Assembly: GCA_000934665.2 (NCBI GenBank)
Contig: KZ538986.1
Coordinates: forward strand, 1 to 37,686
Length of the DNA: 37,686 nucleotides
Direction: 5' to 3'
Source: Catajapyx aquilonaris
Lineage: Eukaryota
The notes beneath the pieces were generated by a model, which had not been told where the DNA came from, did not search any database, and saw only the letters and a program-made list of their open reading frames with translations. This document shows positions 23,313-35,663 of the stretch, piece by piece; the stretch's first letter is position 1; the number at the start of each line of letters is the position of its first letter. The position numbers and the translations under genes are program-made.

Positions 23313-23610
23313 ATTTATTATTTATTTTATATTACCCCATTGGGAGAATCGGCGCTCCATTAGGGGAGTGGAATACCACCATTTTACCACTCAATTTTTC
23401 TGAAACTTTCTTCATACATGGATGGGGCCAAGGATAGGGAAGGAAGGAAGTGGCTGTGGCCTATTGTACGGAAGCGACCCCAGAATTATCCTTGGGGGAC
23501 TGCGGAAAATCACAGAAAACCATGGCCAGGATCGCTGGCCCCGGGAATCGAACCCAGGACCTCCCAATTAGCAGTCAGACTCCTTAACCACTACACCAAC
23601 GTGGTTCGGA
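23313..23610 (-). mobile_element. tRNA-derived SINE, tail type B
   Basis: Same head and core; the tail matches 5050-5160. Imperfect TSD ACTG(A/T)CAGATA at 23302-23312 and 23611-23621. Confidence 0.9.
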
Positions 23611-23844
23611 ACTGTCAGATATTATTACTAGAGTTGACCTTTTTCAAATGCACCAACACAGCATTGGTCCACAATAGGACACTTAACATGCATTCTTATG
23701 ACATACAGTAGTTACAGTAGGGTATGTCACGATTTATATTGCAAATTTATAATGTCCGTGCATTTGCTCCAAGTGTTTTACATCGGTGTTTGGGGATGAC
23801 CAACATCTATAACAACATAACACTTACAATTAGAATAAGGTAAT

Positions 23845-24257
23845 TTTTTTTTTTTTAAATTACACCCTTGAAGCCTTCTGGCTTATGTAGGGGGGAGGTC
23901 TTTTCTACCATTTTCTAACTCTCCGGTGCTGGAATGGAGGGGGGGACAGTGGTGCAAGTGCAATGTCTCATGGCGGAGGCCGTGTGCAGTCCCCCAGAGG
24001 GCTAGGTTGAAAGACGACCCTCTAGGTGCGGGTAAGAGGCCTCCCACAAACGCCGCACCTCCTCCAGTACGGGGCAGGGATAGGGAAGGCAGGAAGCAGC
24101 TGTGGCCTACGATTAGGAAACAACTCCGGTATTCACCTGGGGGTGACCGTGGGAAACCACAGAAAACCACGGTCAGAGTTGCCGGCCTGGGGATTTGATC
24201 CCTGGACCTCCCGATTTGCAGCCGGATACCAAATCCCCTCAGCTACTGCTGCTTCGG
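23845..24257 (-). mobile_element. tRNA-derived SINE, tail type D (long GC-rich tail, poly-A end)
   Basis: Same core. Perfect 15-bp TSD TTAGAATAAGGTAAT at 23830-23844 and 24258-24272. Confidence 0.9.
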
Positions 24258-24382
24258 TTAGAATAAGGTAATACTGGATTAAGATGCTTTATTGTATATA
24301 TCATGACCAGGACATAGACATAAATAATACACTCCATTAAAAAGAGTTGCCAGCTCACAAATTCAATGTGGCAATGTAACTA

Positions 24383-24877
24383 CAGGGTGTCCCACTTCTT
24401 ACTTTACCTGGCATTTATTTAATAACTTTAACACGAATGAAGACATCACAATGAAATTTGAACTGAACTAACCTTATTATGTGAGAAAGGAAATGGCATC
24501 ACAACAGATGCTGGAAATGACCACGATTTGCGTCCAGGAAGGTCTTAACATGACACTCCATATTTTGGAAGGTCCTGGCCAGCATGTTCTGAAGCACTGC
24601 CTGAATTACTTGGATGATGTTTTCTTCAAGGTGTTGATGGGTCGTGGTTTATTTCTGTACACACATACTTTCAGAGAGCCCCAAAAGTAATCAGGTGGCG
24701 TAAGATCGGGCATATGCAATGTCCAAAGTCCCTTTGAAATGAATCGGTCGCCGAAAAAGGACTGAATTTCAGCCAAGATGGCATGTGATGTGTGGTATGT
24801 GTACTGAAACAAACCACAATCTATCAACGCTTTGAAAGAAAGCCGGGTAAAGTAAATAGTGGGCACTGGGCACCCTG
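24383..24877 (-). mobile_element. Internally deleted Tc1/mariner-superfamily element
   Basis: TA|CAGGGTGTCCCACT...CACCCTG|TA. The minus-strand remnant DRFISKGLW...PDLTPPDYFWGSLK..VY resembles the WPPRSPDLTPxDxFLWG motif. Confidence 0.85.
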
Positions 24878-25118
24878 TACTACTACCAAGAAGCAATTAC
24901 AAAACTCCATGACATGACTCTAAAAGGCTTCAAAAAGGAACACACTTGGCTCTCTCACAGACACATTAACAATTTGTCATGCTCTCAGGTTAAAATCAGT
25001 CAGAGGTGTGACATTATTTGTAGAACTATGAGCAACATTTGGGCTGGTCAGTAACTCCTGGAGCTGCTTCAGATATGGCATTACTTTGACCTATTCCTAT
25101 ACCAAAGTACTCCATACA

Positions 25119-25651
25119 TTATGTGGTGTTGATAGAAAGCTCTGTGACTATTTGGATATCTCGAATGCAAAGCATGTGACAAGTTTGAACATGCACATGG
25201 ACATCCAGGGACATGTCTAGAAGCGCCTCTTGGCGTGGAGTATGTGTGGCCACAAGTGCACTGCCACCGCAGTCATTTGAGAGCAATGTGTGTGAGAGGT
25301 GGTGTCACACATGAATGGAGCAACGACACATTAAGTTCAGCTTCAAACTGAATAAACCAGTCGTACCCACATTTTCTGGTCACAGCATCCTTCCCTTACA
25401 CCAACATTTCATGCAGCTCTGTCACAGCTTTCCCGAATTTGAAGCAGAACTTCATGTGTTGTTGCTCCATTGCTGTGTGACGCCACCTCTCACACAGAAT
25501 GCGGTGGCAATGCACTTGCAGCCACGTGTACTCCATGCTAGGGGTCACTTCTAGTTATGTCCCTGGATGTCCGTGTGCATGCTCAAACTTGTCGCGTGCA
25601 TTGCATTCCAGATATCCAAACATTTGCCAAACTTTTTAGACAAACCATGTA
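25119..25651. mobile_element. Palindromic mariner derivative made of two 5' ends
   Basis: Inverted arms of about 200 bp. The left arm encodes MEQRHIKFSFKL; the right arm (minus) encodes MEQQHMKFCFKFGKAVTELHEML..GKDAVTRK..YDWF, a mariner N-terminal HTH. Confidence 0.85.
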
Positions 25652-25690
25652 TTTTTGGCATGCAGGCTTACAGAATATGGTAGAAATTAA

Positions 25691-25960
25691 CCCTAGAACA
25701 GTGACGTGGGGTCTTTTAGGACCCCACAGGAATTAAAATGCATGAAAATGAAAATTACAATGAACTGTTGCCATTAAAAAAAAGTATATAACAGGAAGAG
25801 CATGTTTATTTTGAATTAGCGATAATTTTAGGCATTGTTCAAAGAATGATTGCATATAGTAAATAAACATTGAAAAGTATTATATAAAAATTAATTAAAA
25901 TTAAAATATGGATGGGGTCCTACGAGACCCCACGGCAACTGGCACGTCATGGTTCCAGGG
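25691..25960. mobile_element. piggyBac-like MITE
   Basis: TTAA|CCCTAGAACAGTGACGTG...CACGTCATGGTTCCAGGG|TTAC, with subterminal GGGGTC..GACCCC palindromes similar to those in 283-513. Confidence 0.75.
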
Positions 25961-26455
25961 TTACGCTTTCATTTTGTTAACATTGACACTACGGGCACAT
26001 CCTGGAGGGCAAGTAGACTTGAGGTGGTCTATTCATGATATTCCCCATACTGTACATGCAACAGCTACAGTATCTTTATCACAACTTAATTGCCACTGCA
26101 ATGTCATAATTTTGTGGAGGATTTTGGCCTTAGAATAGGGTAGATGAAGCAAATCTAGGAGTTACTGATAACCTGCATGAAGGAAATCAATCTGTACGTT
26201 TATTCAATTTTTTACAAATGTATCTTAATAAATGCCCCAAAGTAGTTAGCCCATTTTTCAAGGTATTTTCCAGAGACTTTGATGCACTTGTCTCGTCATC
26301 TGAAGAGCTTTTCATTTGAATGAATTGATTGCTGGAAACAAGGCCTCATCAGATAATATAAAAGGTGCACCAGTGGCTCCATGCGCAAGGAACAGCCTCC
26401 TTCAAGAAGGACATTGAAAAACTTCTCCAACAGTCATCAAGGATGCACCTTAAAT

Positions 26456-26689
26456 CAGTGCTTCCCAATTTCTTTCGTTGGCAACCCCAAAAATTTGTCT
26501 CGTAAATTTTGCGACCCCCCCCTATATGTGCACATTTCGATCCGACAACATGAAAAGACAGGTAAACAGTGAAATGACCTTACCTTATGGTCATGATTTT
26601 CAAGAAAGATAGCATCATATTGTGAAAATAATTTGTTACCCTCCCTCGCGACCCCAATGGGGTCGCGACCCACAGTTTGGGAAGCACTG
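26456..26689. mobile_element. hAT (Charlie-like) MITE
   Basis: CAGTGCTTCCCAA...TTGGGAAGCACTG. The 8-bp TSD is CCTTAAAT; its right copy is split by the insertion at 26696-27684. Confidence 0.85.
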
Positions 26690-26695
26690 CCTTAA

Positions 26696-27684
26696 CACTT
26701 AATCACCACATGTACCGTATTTACTCGCATATAAGACGCACTTTTTTGCCGATTTTTGTAGCTCAAAAAGTAGGGTGCGTCTTATACGCGTGAGTCTTAT
26801 ACGGCAGGGCACAACGGGTGAAACCCATGAGAAATCGTCCACACACGTGCACAATTCCGGTGTGACCTTGCCACCTACACCTTTCAGATGGGTAGCATTG
26901 TCCCATTTTCCACTTGCCCCCCATTTTTACTGGATTCTAATGGATTCCGCACGCACATGCATTGCACATGCATTGCACACGAGGTTGCTGCCGGCAGCTC
27001 GAGGCCAGTTCCCAAACTACAGCAATAAATCTGGGTGCGTCTTATATAAGTCAACAACCGATTTTCCACGATTTTTCGCCTCAAAACCGGGGTGCGTCTT
27101 ATACGCGAGTAAATACGGTAGTTAATACCATTGCGATTAATAAATTTGGTATGAAAAGAAAAATGGCAGGCCTATATTCCTCAGACACAATTTCTTTGAT
27201 CCAATAAAATTTTTTGACATCAGTAGAATTTTTTTTTTGCAGAGTTACCGGTACTTTTATGCTGCTAAGCGTCCCTGGGGGGTCCGGATATACCCAATGT
27301 CATAGCCAATGTAACATAATTTTTTAGAGAACACATCACAGCAAATTGTATTTTATAATGTGTGAGTGTTGTTATTCAGCAATAAATATTGCTAGGAACG
27401 AAAATCTTGCAGACCCTGCAGCTGGGAATGCTTACATTATAAGCCATTACTTACGGCATCGAGCTGGAAGGCTATGAAGCTGCGATAGCGGAGTCTCCGT
27501 TCCCTTACGACTGAACTAATGGTCACAGGAGATCGATTATTTTTTTTTACACATACAGATGAGAATACAGGCCGGATTTAGCGGGGAAGAATGGCTTTAG
27601 TGCTATTAAGTCAAATTTTTCAAAAAATGAAAACTGCGTGGGGTCCTAGCCAATGTATGGCAGATTCATGTTGGTGATTAAGTG
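26696..27684. mobile_element. TTAA-targeting (piggyBac-like) non-autonomous element
   Basis: TTAA|CACTTAATCACCACATG...CATGTTGGTGATTAAGTG|TTAA. Confidence 0.8.
26715..27118. mobile_element. pogo/Tc2-like MITE nested in the previous element
   Basis: TA|CCGTATTTACTCGCATATAAGACGCAC...GTGCGTCTTATACGCGAGTAAATACGG|TA, with internal GGTGCGTCTTATA repeats. Confidence 0.88.
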
Positions 27685-27747
27685 TTAAATGCAGGCAAAG
27701 GTGTGTGCTTTCATGTGGTCCTCTTAACTGGGGCATTATAAAATATA

Positions 27748-28746
27748 CAGGGTGGACGGAAAGTTTCGGACCCCCCCAGGTTTTTAAACCCTACTTTTCA
27801 CAGCATCTTTTCACATCTTTTAAAAGTCCACAAGCAGTTCTAATGTACACTATCTTTTGAAGCATAATCTCGAGAACATCTGAGCACCTTCGCTCTCGCA
27901 ATTCCATTAATAACTTCGCCTCTGTGACTCATCTAAACATCCTATCTGTTTTGCGTTTATTTTGCTTGTTGCCTTGGAGGACCCCTGGTCATATTCTGCG
28001 TCAGATAAGGTTTTTATGACCCTTTTCCATGAGTTCCCCTTCATGCAAATGTTGTGAACTCACTCCCGACCTTATTTTTCGCATTGGTCCATAACCTGGT
28101 CCAATAAAAATTTGAAAAGGAATGCATGAAATGGCGGACCCGGACGCATTACTTTCGGATTGGTACCATCACATTTGTCTCAATTTTTACTTTGAAATAA
28201 TTTTTTGGTGCGAAAGGACGTGAACGAAAGGATCTGTCATGTTGATTAATTTACCAAGGTAGGACTGTTTACTGCCCTTTCCCACCAAAAAATTATTTCA
28301 AAGTAAAAATGGAGGCAAATGTGATGGTACCAATTCGAAAGTAATGCATCCGGGTCCGCCATTTCATGCATTCCATTTCAAATTTTTATTGGACCAGGTT
28401 ATGGACCAATGCTAAAAATAAGGTCAGGAGTGAGTTCACAACATTTGCATGAAGGGGAACTCATGGAAAAGGGTCATAAAAACCTTATCTGAAGCAGAAT
28501 ATGACCAGGGGTCCTCCAAGGCAACAAGCAAAATAAACGCAAAACAGATAGGATGTTTAGATGAGTCACAGAGGCGAAGTTATTAATGGAATTGCGAGAG
28601 CGAAGGTGCTCAGATGTTCTCGAGATTATGCTTCAAAAGATAGTGTACATTGGAACTGCTTGTGGACTTTTAAAAGATGTGAAAAGACGCTGTGAAAAGT
28701 AGGGTTTAAAAACCTGGGGGGGGTCTGAAACTTTCCGTCCACCCTG
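27748..28746. mobile_element. Foldback (about 1 kb palindromic) Tc1/mariner-type non-autonomous element
   Basis: TA|CAGGGTGGACGGAAAG...CTTTCCGTCCACCCTG|TA. Near-identical arms of about 460 bp (27748-28210 and 28283-28746) surround a spacer of about 70 bp. Confidence 0.93.
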
Positions 28747-28997
28747 TATATGCAAAAGATTACAATACAATACGTACTGACTGGCTCTTGTATCAGTGGC
28801 AAACTGTAAGCCTATTTCATAAATCCTAGCCTGCTCTGCATAAAATCTTATCCAGTTCTTGCCATAGCAGGTGGCAGGAAGCCTCATATCAGTCCATATG
28901 CAGTGTTCCACTTGCAGGTCCTTCTGAGGAGACCTTCCCCCTGCTGCAGTAACAAATTTAATATGTAAAATTCACAAGTGTGGGTAATGGTCAGTAA

Positions 28998-29548
28998 AGC
29001 CCATTTCACAAAAAAACAAGTCGCGGTGTTCTACGGTGCGGCATACGCGAGAGGTGTAACACCAGAGAAGTAGGTGGTGCATCTCCACAGGGGAAAACGC
29101 CAGTGCAATCCACAAAAATCTGGCGCCCAAGTGCAGAGCCCTCTTGGAAAGAAAAGGAAAGTCCTCTTCGCACAGCCATAGGCCCATAGCCATGGGTGAC
29201 AACCAGATGCTAGACGAGGCAGGCAGGGCAAGGCAAGCATGGGCAGATGATGTGGCAGGGAAAGATGGGGGAAAAAATATGTCTACCACGAAGGTGGGTT
29301 GAGGTTGGAAAAAGAGGGATGGTTGTCACGTGACCGCATGGTTCCTCTTCCTATTGGCAGTCGCCTGCAACAAACCGCCAGAATTTCAAGCCAGCAGAAA
29401 TTTCCGTTGGGGCTCTTTGCCATGACGATGGACAGCACTGCACGTCAAAATTTTTATGTGGATTAGTCTGTCGCGCGAGTCATGCAACCTCGGTGTAGGA
29501 ATGCGCCAACGAAACACCACGACTTTCTTTTTTGGTGTGGAACGGGCT
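28998..29548. mobile_element. PIF/Harbinger-like MITE
   Basis: TAA|AGCCCATTTCACA...AAGTCGCGGTGTT at the left and AACACCACGACTT...TGTGGAACGGGCT|TAA at the right. Confidence 0.7.
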
Positions 29549-30088
29549 TAAGACTGCGTTCCATGATTGATAGTGCTATATCTAGAGCAAGAGTTTGATA
29601 CATGCTTTTCACACAGGATTAATCTCTTGTTCTGGGTTCACTATCAATCAGAGAACAGGGACTTGTTTAAACTATTAAATGACACATGATTACATGATTG
29701 CCATGTCAGTTGATGCACATGATGATGATATTACTGAAGTCAAAAGAAAATGCACCATCTAAACCTAACATCAATTATACATGATGCTAAGTAGATCAAG
29801 TCACTACTACATCCATATCAGCAGCTAGTACAATAAAAGGTACAATTTAACATAATAAAGCTGCACATCACATTGACATTAAATTATAAATGGGCTCCTA
29901 GATTTCTGACTCATTTCCATAGAGGACCATCAAATTCTTTCTGCCATTTTCATTGAAAACATAGCTAATGTCACTCATTTACAATCCATATCAATGGATA
30001 GCTGATGTTTTTTGTAGCTTTTCTCTACACGGCCTTCTGAAATAGCCTTTGACTGATAATGTTAGTAAAAATTGTACATTTTTCACAC

Positions 30089-30401
30089 ACACTGTACTTA
30101 TCCGGGTCCAGATTATCTGTGCATTGCACAAAAAAAAAAAAAGTCTGAATGTCAATATGTTTCAAAAACTAAGAAATATAACAGAATTTATCCAGAAGAC
30201 AAACTAAAAATCTGTGGTAAGTTTTTATATTGCGATTAAACTTTATTTAAAGCAAAATACAGTACGTCAAGTAGTTCAATAAAAATCTCTGAATAGTTCA
30301 TTTTTATTGTATCTAGGACTTTTATCTGATTATTATCTGTGTTTTCAGATTATCCGGGCACACCTGTGCACTCAATAGCACAGATAATCGGGAGTACAGT
30401 G
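30089..30401. mobile_element. Degenerate pogo-like MITE
   Basis: CACTGTACT...GATTATCTGTGC at the left and GCACAGATAATCGGGAGTACAGTG|TA at the right. A related end lies at about 2755-2775. Confidence 0.55.
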
Positions 30402-30612
30402 TATAATATTAGACTAAATAATAAAAGAGACTCATTCCATCAGCTAAAATTAAGAATTCCTTCACAGCATCAAAATATGCGTGCAGCACTTTCTTGATAC
30501 ATACTTACAGACTTCTGTTGATGTTATGGCTATGTATTATACAATGAAATCTCACTCTCAATACAATAGGATTCAGAAATTCACCCAAGGTCTTTTTCTC
30601 AACATAAACTGC

Positions 30613-30905
30613 TTAAGTCCCTGGTACTGGGTCAGCAGTGCAACTGCTCTCTCGCTGATTGCTTTGTGCAGCACCTCCATCTGGACTGGCTTCTGCATTG
30701 CCTTTGTCAGCTGGACCTGTTTCTCCATGGTCTTTGCCTTTGGGAGCAGTATTGGCTTCTTCGCTGATTTTCGCACTATCTTCCGCGTTTGGTTCTGCAG
30801 TGCTTGCTTCCTCACTGGCTGCAGCAGGTCCATCTTCACCAGGGTCATCTGTGGAAGACTTTCGTACCAGACCCAGAACATTCAGCATGCTGGGAAGTTC
30901 TCCAT
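30613..30905 (-). CDS. Terminal exon of the POGZ/ZNF280/row-like zinc-finger gene (acidic, low-complexity tail)
   Basis: Acceptor T10-CAG|AT in phase 1, matching the donor at 31040. Encodes DGELPSMLNVLGLVRK...ADPVPGT*. Confidence 0.85.
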
Positions 30906-31039
30906 CTGAAAAAAAAAACAATGGTCAACAAAGTAGCCTAAGCTCAGTCTCATATCCTCCAAAATAAGTAAATAAATGCAGTAAAACCCAAAACCAAATG
31001 ATTACCCTTGAAAATCACCACTAAATTATGTTTATCTAC

Positions 31040-31264
31040 CTTTTTCGATTGAATGCTGCTGTGATGTTTCTTTTTTGTTGCGATTACCACTATTATCCTT
31101 CCTAACATACGCCTTCAGCCACTCATCACTGGGGTCTTCAACAGTCTGGTCATCCAGATCCACCAGTGGGGGGAAGGAAGCTGAAGGGTAGTCACCTGTA
31201 GCCTTCTGTGCAGCCAGTTGTGTTGGATACGCAGATTTGCGCTCACACTTGGTCAGATGGGCGG
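31040..31264 (-). CDS. Internal exon of the POGZ/ZNF280/row-like gene
   Basis: 225 bp, phase 1-1, TTCTTTCTTCAG|CC...AAG|GTAGAT. Encodes AAHLTKCERKSAYP...DEWLKAYV...SIEK, completing the finger begun in the previous exon. Confidence 0.85.
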
Positions 31265-33905
31265 CTGAAGAAAGAATATACGAGTCATTTTGCAGCAGTT
31301 CACAGTATAAACCGGCTGTTACAAAATTTAGTTCACATTCCTAGCAGTGGACAGTTGTGGGTGCTTACGCCTCTGAACGCACATTCAAGTTAGGCATGGA
31401 ATCATACACATTGTTAGAAAGCCCGTTTTATGGGCTTTGCAATGGTGCACTGTACAACCACTCTGTAGATAGCACAGAATTACTTAGGACCCACTTATTT
31501 CTGTCCAGGAGGTAGAAAAGTGAGGACTATTCATTCGTACCACCCACTCGAGTCATTTCCACCAGGCCTATATTAAACACCCATATCTCCTCAAGGCTAA
31601 AATAAATACATCCTAAGTAATATTGTATCATCTTCCCAGTTGCACTCTAGTGGGTAATACATATGCAAAACACTACCCCACTTGAACGTGAGGCTACAAG
31701 AGGAAAATGAAATGATTGTCCACAAATGTTTTACAGTATGAATACATTCTGAAACAAGGGTGTATCACTGTCGTCACTGCAACCAAAATACTTTGACGTG
31801 GATAACCCGATTACTAATAAAGTAGTGGTGGACCTCATTACTTTTGGCCATAAGTTTCACATAGCAGCACATATTGCAGTAGGGCAATTTGCAGCAAATA
31901 TTTAATTGAATCTGGCCTAATCCAGGCTGTTGCCATAGAGAAAATTCATTCAAAGTGGAAAATAAATAAAAGAGCTGCAATTGTCTTAGGGGCGACCTCA
32001 TCTTGATCATCGTTTATCTCGTTACCGGTTACTGCCTCGACATTTCTCCTCCCTACATTTACGACTTGTTTTGGGCCAATGAGTGCACTGCTGGACAGAA
32101 GGGCGACTAGTAAGGGTCACCACCCTATGTATGACAGGGAAGAAGTCAAAATTAATGTTCAAGTATGGACAAAAATTTCTCAATTTACTCACTTTAATAT
32201 TTGCTCAAGTGTGATTAATTTGATGGAATAACATAATTTCAAGAAAGTAGCTGCAGAAAAAATCTGTCCATCACTACCCATGACCATGTTAAAATGATTA
32301 TTTCTGCAAGTAATGCTTGCCGCAATTGTCAGGCTGCAAATGAGTAATAGTGATGCACATGCGCAGGGTGATAGAAGAGTAACTGGGAGGATTTTTCCAA
32401 AAAGAGTTTGAAGGAAATTATTTTTCTCTAAAATTCCCCCAGTGACGCTGCGTTTTACAACTCATATGACATCATTGATTGCGCTCACTGCACAGAGGTT
32501 TTGTTTCCTGATGCAGAATAGCAGCCCAGGGCAAAGTGAATGGCTGGTGGCTGGCATAATTGGTGCCCATTTTCACGTGCGTAGAAATGGGACATTAGTG
32601 CAGCACTTGCATCAATGGAGCATCAATGGACTTGCATTAGAATTGTTGATTAGATTTACCTCAGTCTCAACTTTAAGCATGAACCAAGGTATTTTTCAAC
32701 CTGCTTTTGTTTCGCTCGCTCTGGGTGCTGGAATTGTCGCCATCAGAAGATTATACATTGCAATTAGTACTGAAAATGCAGAAAATTGACTATCCCGCCA
32801 TTTCCGGCATGTTTTGAGCACTTGGCTTAAACCAGTGTGGGGATAATAAACAGTTAAGGTGATTCGGCTGTCATTATTCACCTTGTTCGCCCCATCTTCC
32901 ATGTAAACGTGTGAAGAAAGAGGTGAGTCGGTTCTTTCAGAAAATCCCTATTCTATTTGCAGGGATTTTCCGAAAGAACTGGGGTTTTATCAAAACCGGG
33001 CTTGGTGAAACCGGCCCTAAAATTTACGAAACACACTGGTCCTGACAGTTTGAAGTATTAGCTTTGCCAGAAAGGGCAAAAAAATAAGACTCTTGTACCA
33101 CTAACATGTAAATCAGAGCTAATAAAATTGATCTGATTCAGACCTGCCTATTTCTCTCTTGACAGAAGGAATGCATGCAGAGGCCAACTATTATGGACAC
33201 CAACTCTAGCTACCCCCGTCCCCCACCAATTCCACTCTGAGGCACCTTCCTCCCTTCAAGACGGAAATAGACAGGTCTGGAGTGATGCAGTGAAATTTTC
33301 CCAGCTAATACTAGATGTTGGTGGTACAGTAAAAGAAGTAAGGAGGCCAACCCAACTGACTAAAACAAAGCGGAGGCATGAAAACATTAGAGACAGTCTC
33401 CTTTGCTTCCTCATTGAATAACCAAGCAAAACAGGGGCTCAAGAGAATAAGGAATCTGATAGGGGAGTGAAGTGAAACCAGCCTGTAGCATACCCTGAAT
33501 ATAGCCAAAATGTGTCTATTGCATAAACATTGTGCAGTCACAGCAGTGTGACAGGATGTATCTTGAATTTTTTCATTTGATATAACAGAACCTGTCTAAT
33601 GCAGAAACAGAGAGCACTTTTAGGTCCATCATTAACTCTTTAACCACTGCGACGTTGCCGCCACTCCCCCACCATTTCACTTGATCGTATTTAAAAAATT
33701 AAATATCTCCCCAAGGGGATGTGTTAGCCTCATGCCGCGTATATCATTCAAACCGCACTGAATCGCTGCTCCCGCTAGATCTACTGCGCAGCTCCAATGA
33801 TCTAGGCCAGGGCTATTCAACTAGTTTATAACAAGTATTTATCTTTCCTGGTCATCCGAAAAAGTCTGACAAAGCACTTGAGCATGTCACTCACCCCCTT
33901 TTCGT

Positions 33906-34209
33906 GTGAGCTTACCTGATCTCTCCCACCGAGGGGGGTTGGCCACGTTCAGCGCTCGAGTCAAGTGCCAGTACAGGTGGCGCCTTACCTAGGGGGAAAA
34001 TTCTGAACCATTATGGCTGACTCCGATTGCCTGGCCCCCTTGGGCCACAACATGGCTCTCCACATGAGGCCTTTCAGACTCCAGCCAATCGAAGTCGACT
34101 ATAATGGTTCAGAATTTCCCCGCTAGGTAAGGCGCCACCTGTACTGGCACTTGACTCTAGCGCCGAACGTGGCCAACCCCCATCAGTGGGGGAGAATAGC
34201 TAAGCTCAC
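33906..34209. repeat. Intronic inverted repeat with arms of about 130 bp, probably the core of a MITE
   Basis: GGTTGGCCACGTTC..GAGTCAAGTGCCAGTACAGGTGGCGCCTTACCTAG..AATTCTGAACCATTAT is mirrored at 34081-34195. Confidence 0.85.
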
Positions 34210-34894
34210 TGGGGTAGCAATGTACTGGTATCGGGAGTGACTGGGGGCTGAGCATGTGATTGTTGTGTTGAATTCTGCGTTTTTTGCTTGTGAATGTACC
34301 GAAAACCGCACTCATTTATGATTTATAGATTTTATGCAAAAAATTCTCAAGATGTTTGTCCAGATTTGTCCGTGGAGGACGGACACGGCGGGGAGAGAGT
34401 TAATGGAAACCCTGGGTAGGCCTATAGAATATAGGTCAATCAATACTGCTTTTGTTTCAGCAATAACTGATGTAGTCAACAAGTTTTGGGCCAATTTGAT
34501 TGATTCACTTCAAGATTATGTTTACTTCCCAATAACTCGAAGGGAAGTAGACCGTGTTTTATATAATTTTGTATAAGTATTATATTTTACGGATGCCTGT
34601 TAGCATGTCTTTGCAGCATAGATAGCTCACATTCACAAATTCATGCCCAGAGGACTGCAAGTAACACACCCACATTTCAAAATAATCATGGTTGTCACTT
34701 GCATCCACAACATGTTTTCAGGTATCCGAAAGACTGCCAATAGGCTCCAGATGCCAGACACCATTTTGAAGATATGTTAATACACTTATCCTATCATGCG
34801 TAAAAGAAACTTTTCATTATTAAAAAATACCGCTGAACAGAGTGGTTCCACTATACACAGGTTGTACTGGATTTATGTATTACTGGTACAATAC

Positions 34895-35073
34895 CTAGTC
34901 GGTTTCCACTATTGGTATGATAGCCACAAACACAGTGCATGTCAGCAGGCAATATGATAGGACGCCCCATTTTAAAAACAGGCTTGCGAGCAGAATGGAA
35001 GATGTCTACATGGCTAATGATGGACTTCTTGCAGCAAGTAGCATAGCGGCACTTTTCACAGCAGAGATAACCC
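34895..35073 (-). CDS. Internal zinc-finger exon of the POGZ/ZNF280/row-like gene (missed by the ORF track)
   Basis: 179 bp, phase 2-1, TTTCTTTGTAG|G...CTAG|GTATTG. Encodes GYLCCEKCRYATCCKKSIISHVDIFH...MHCVCGYHTNSGNRL, resembling the recalled POGZ motif [22 protein letters not shown]. Confidence 0.88.
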
Positions 35074-35663
35074 CTACAAAGAAAATGGCTGTTATTCCAT
35101 CACAGCAACTACATGCAATATCACCTGCTAGTAAGGCAAGCGAGAGGTATGTGTGAGCCTAGTTCATTAAAAATTGAACTAGTCCATGAAAGCCTTCACT
35201 TGTGATATACATTATGTTACACTGTCACGCTGCTCTGCAGCCACTACCTATTTAATCTGGGAGGAGCAATCATACAGGCTCAATTTAATTTTTCACATAT
35301 AAGGTATACCCTGGTGTGTGACTGGCCATGGTCATGTTCAAGATGGTCTTTGCAGTTGGAATAACAAATTTGACTGCTCCCCCTCTAGGCACATCCCCAC
35401 AAAACCTTGACAAAAAATAGCATTCTTCACTTTCTGCATATGGTTCACATACTACTGGTCAGTGAAAAAGTAATTTCAGTTAGGTGTAGTCCTAGTTCAG
35501 TTAAAGCTTAAATATGACATTCAGCAAAAATAACTTTTACAGTTATTCATTACTAAGGGTTGACTACTTATTCACCAAATTTAAAGAAACTATAAGACTT
35601 TCACTTCATGAATATTCTTGTGAGCTGCACTAGGCTACAACAATTTTCCAGTTCATGACTTAC

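Noticed and set aside
35300..35410. Extra exon of the zinc-finger gene
   Set aside because: The required phase hits a stop, and the 35664 donor joins 35073 directly with a continuous zinc-finger motif.
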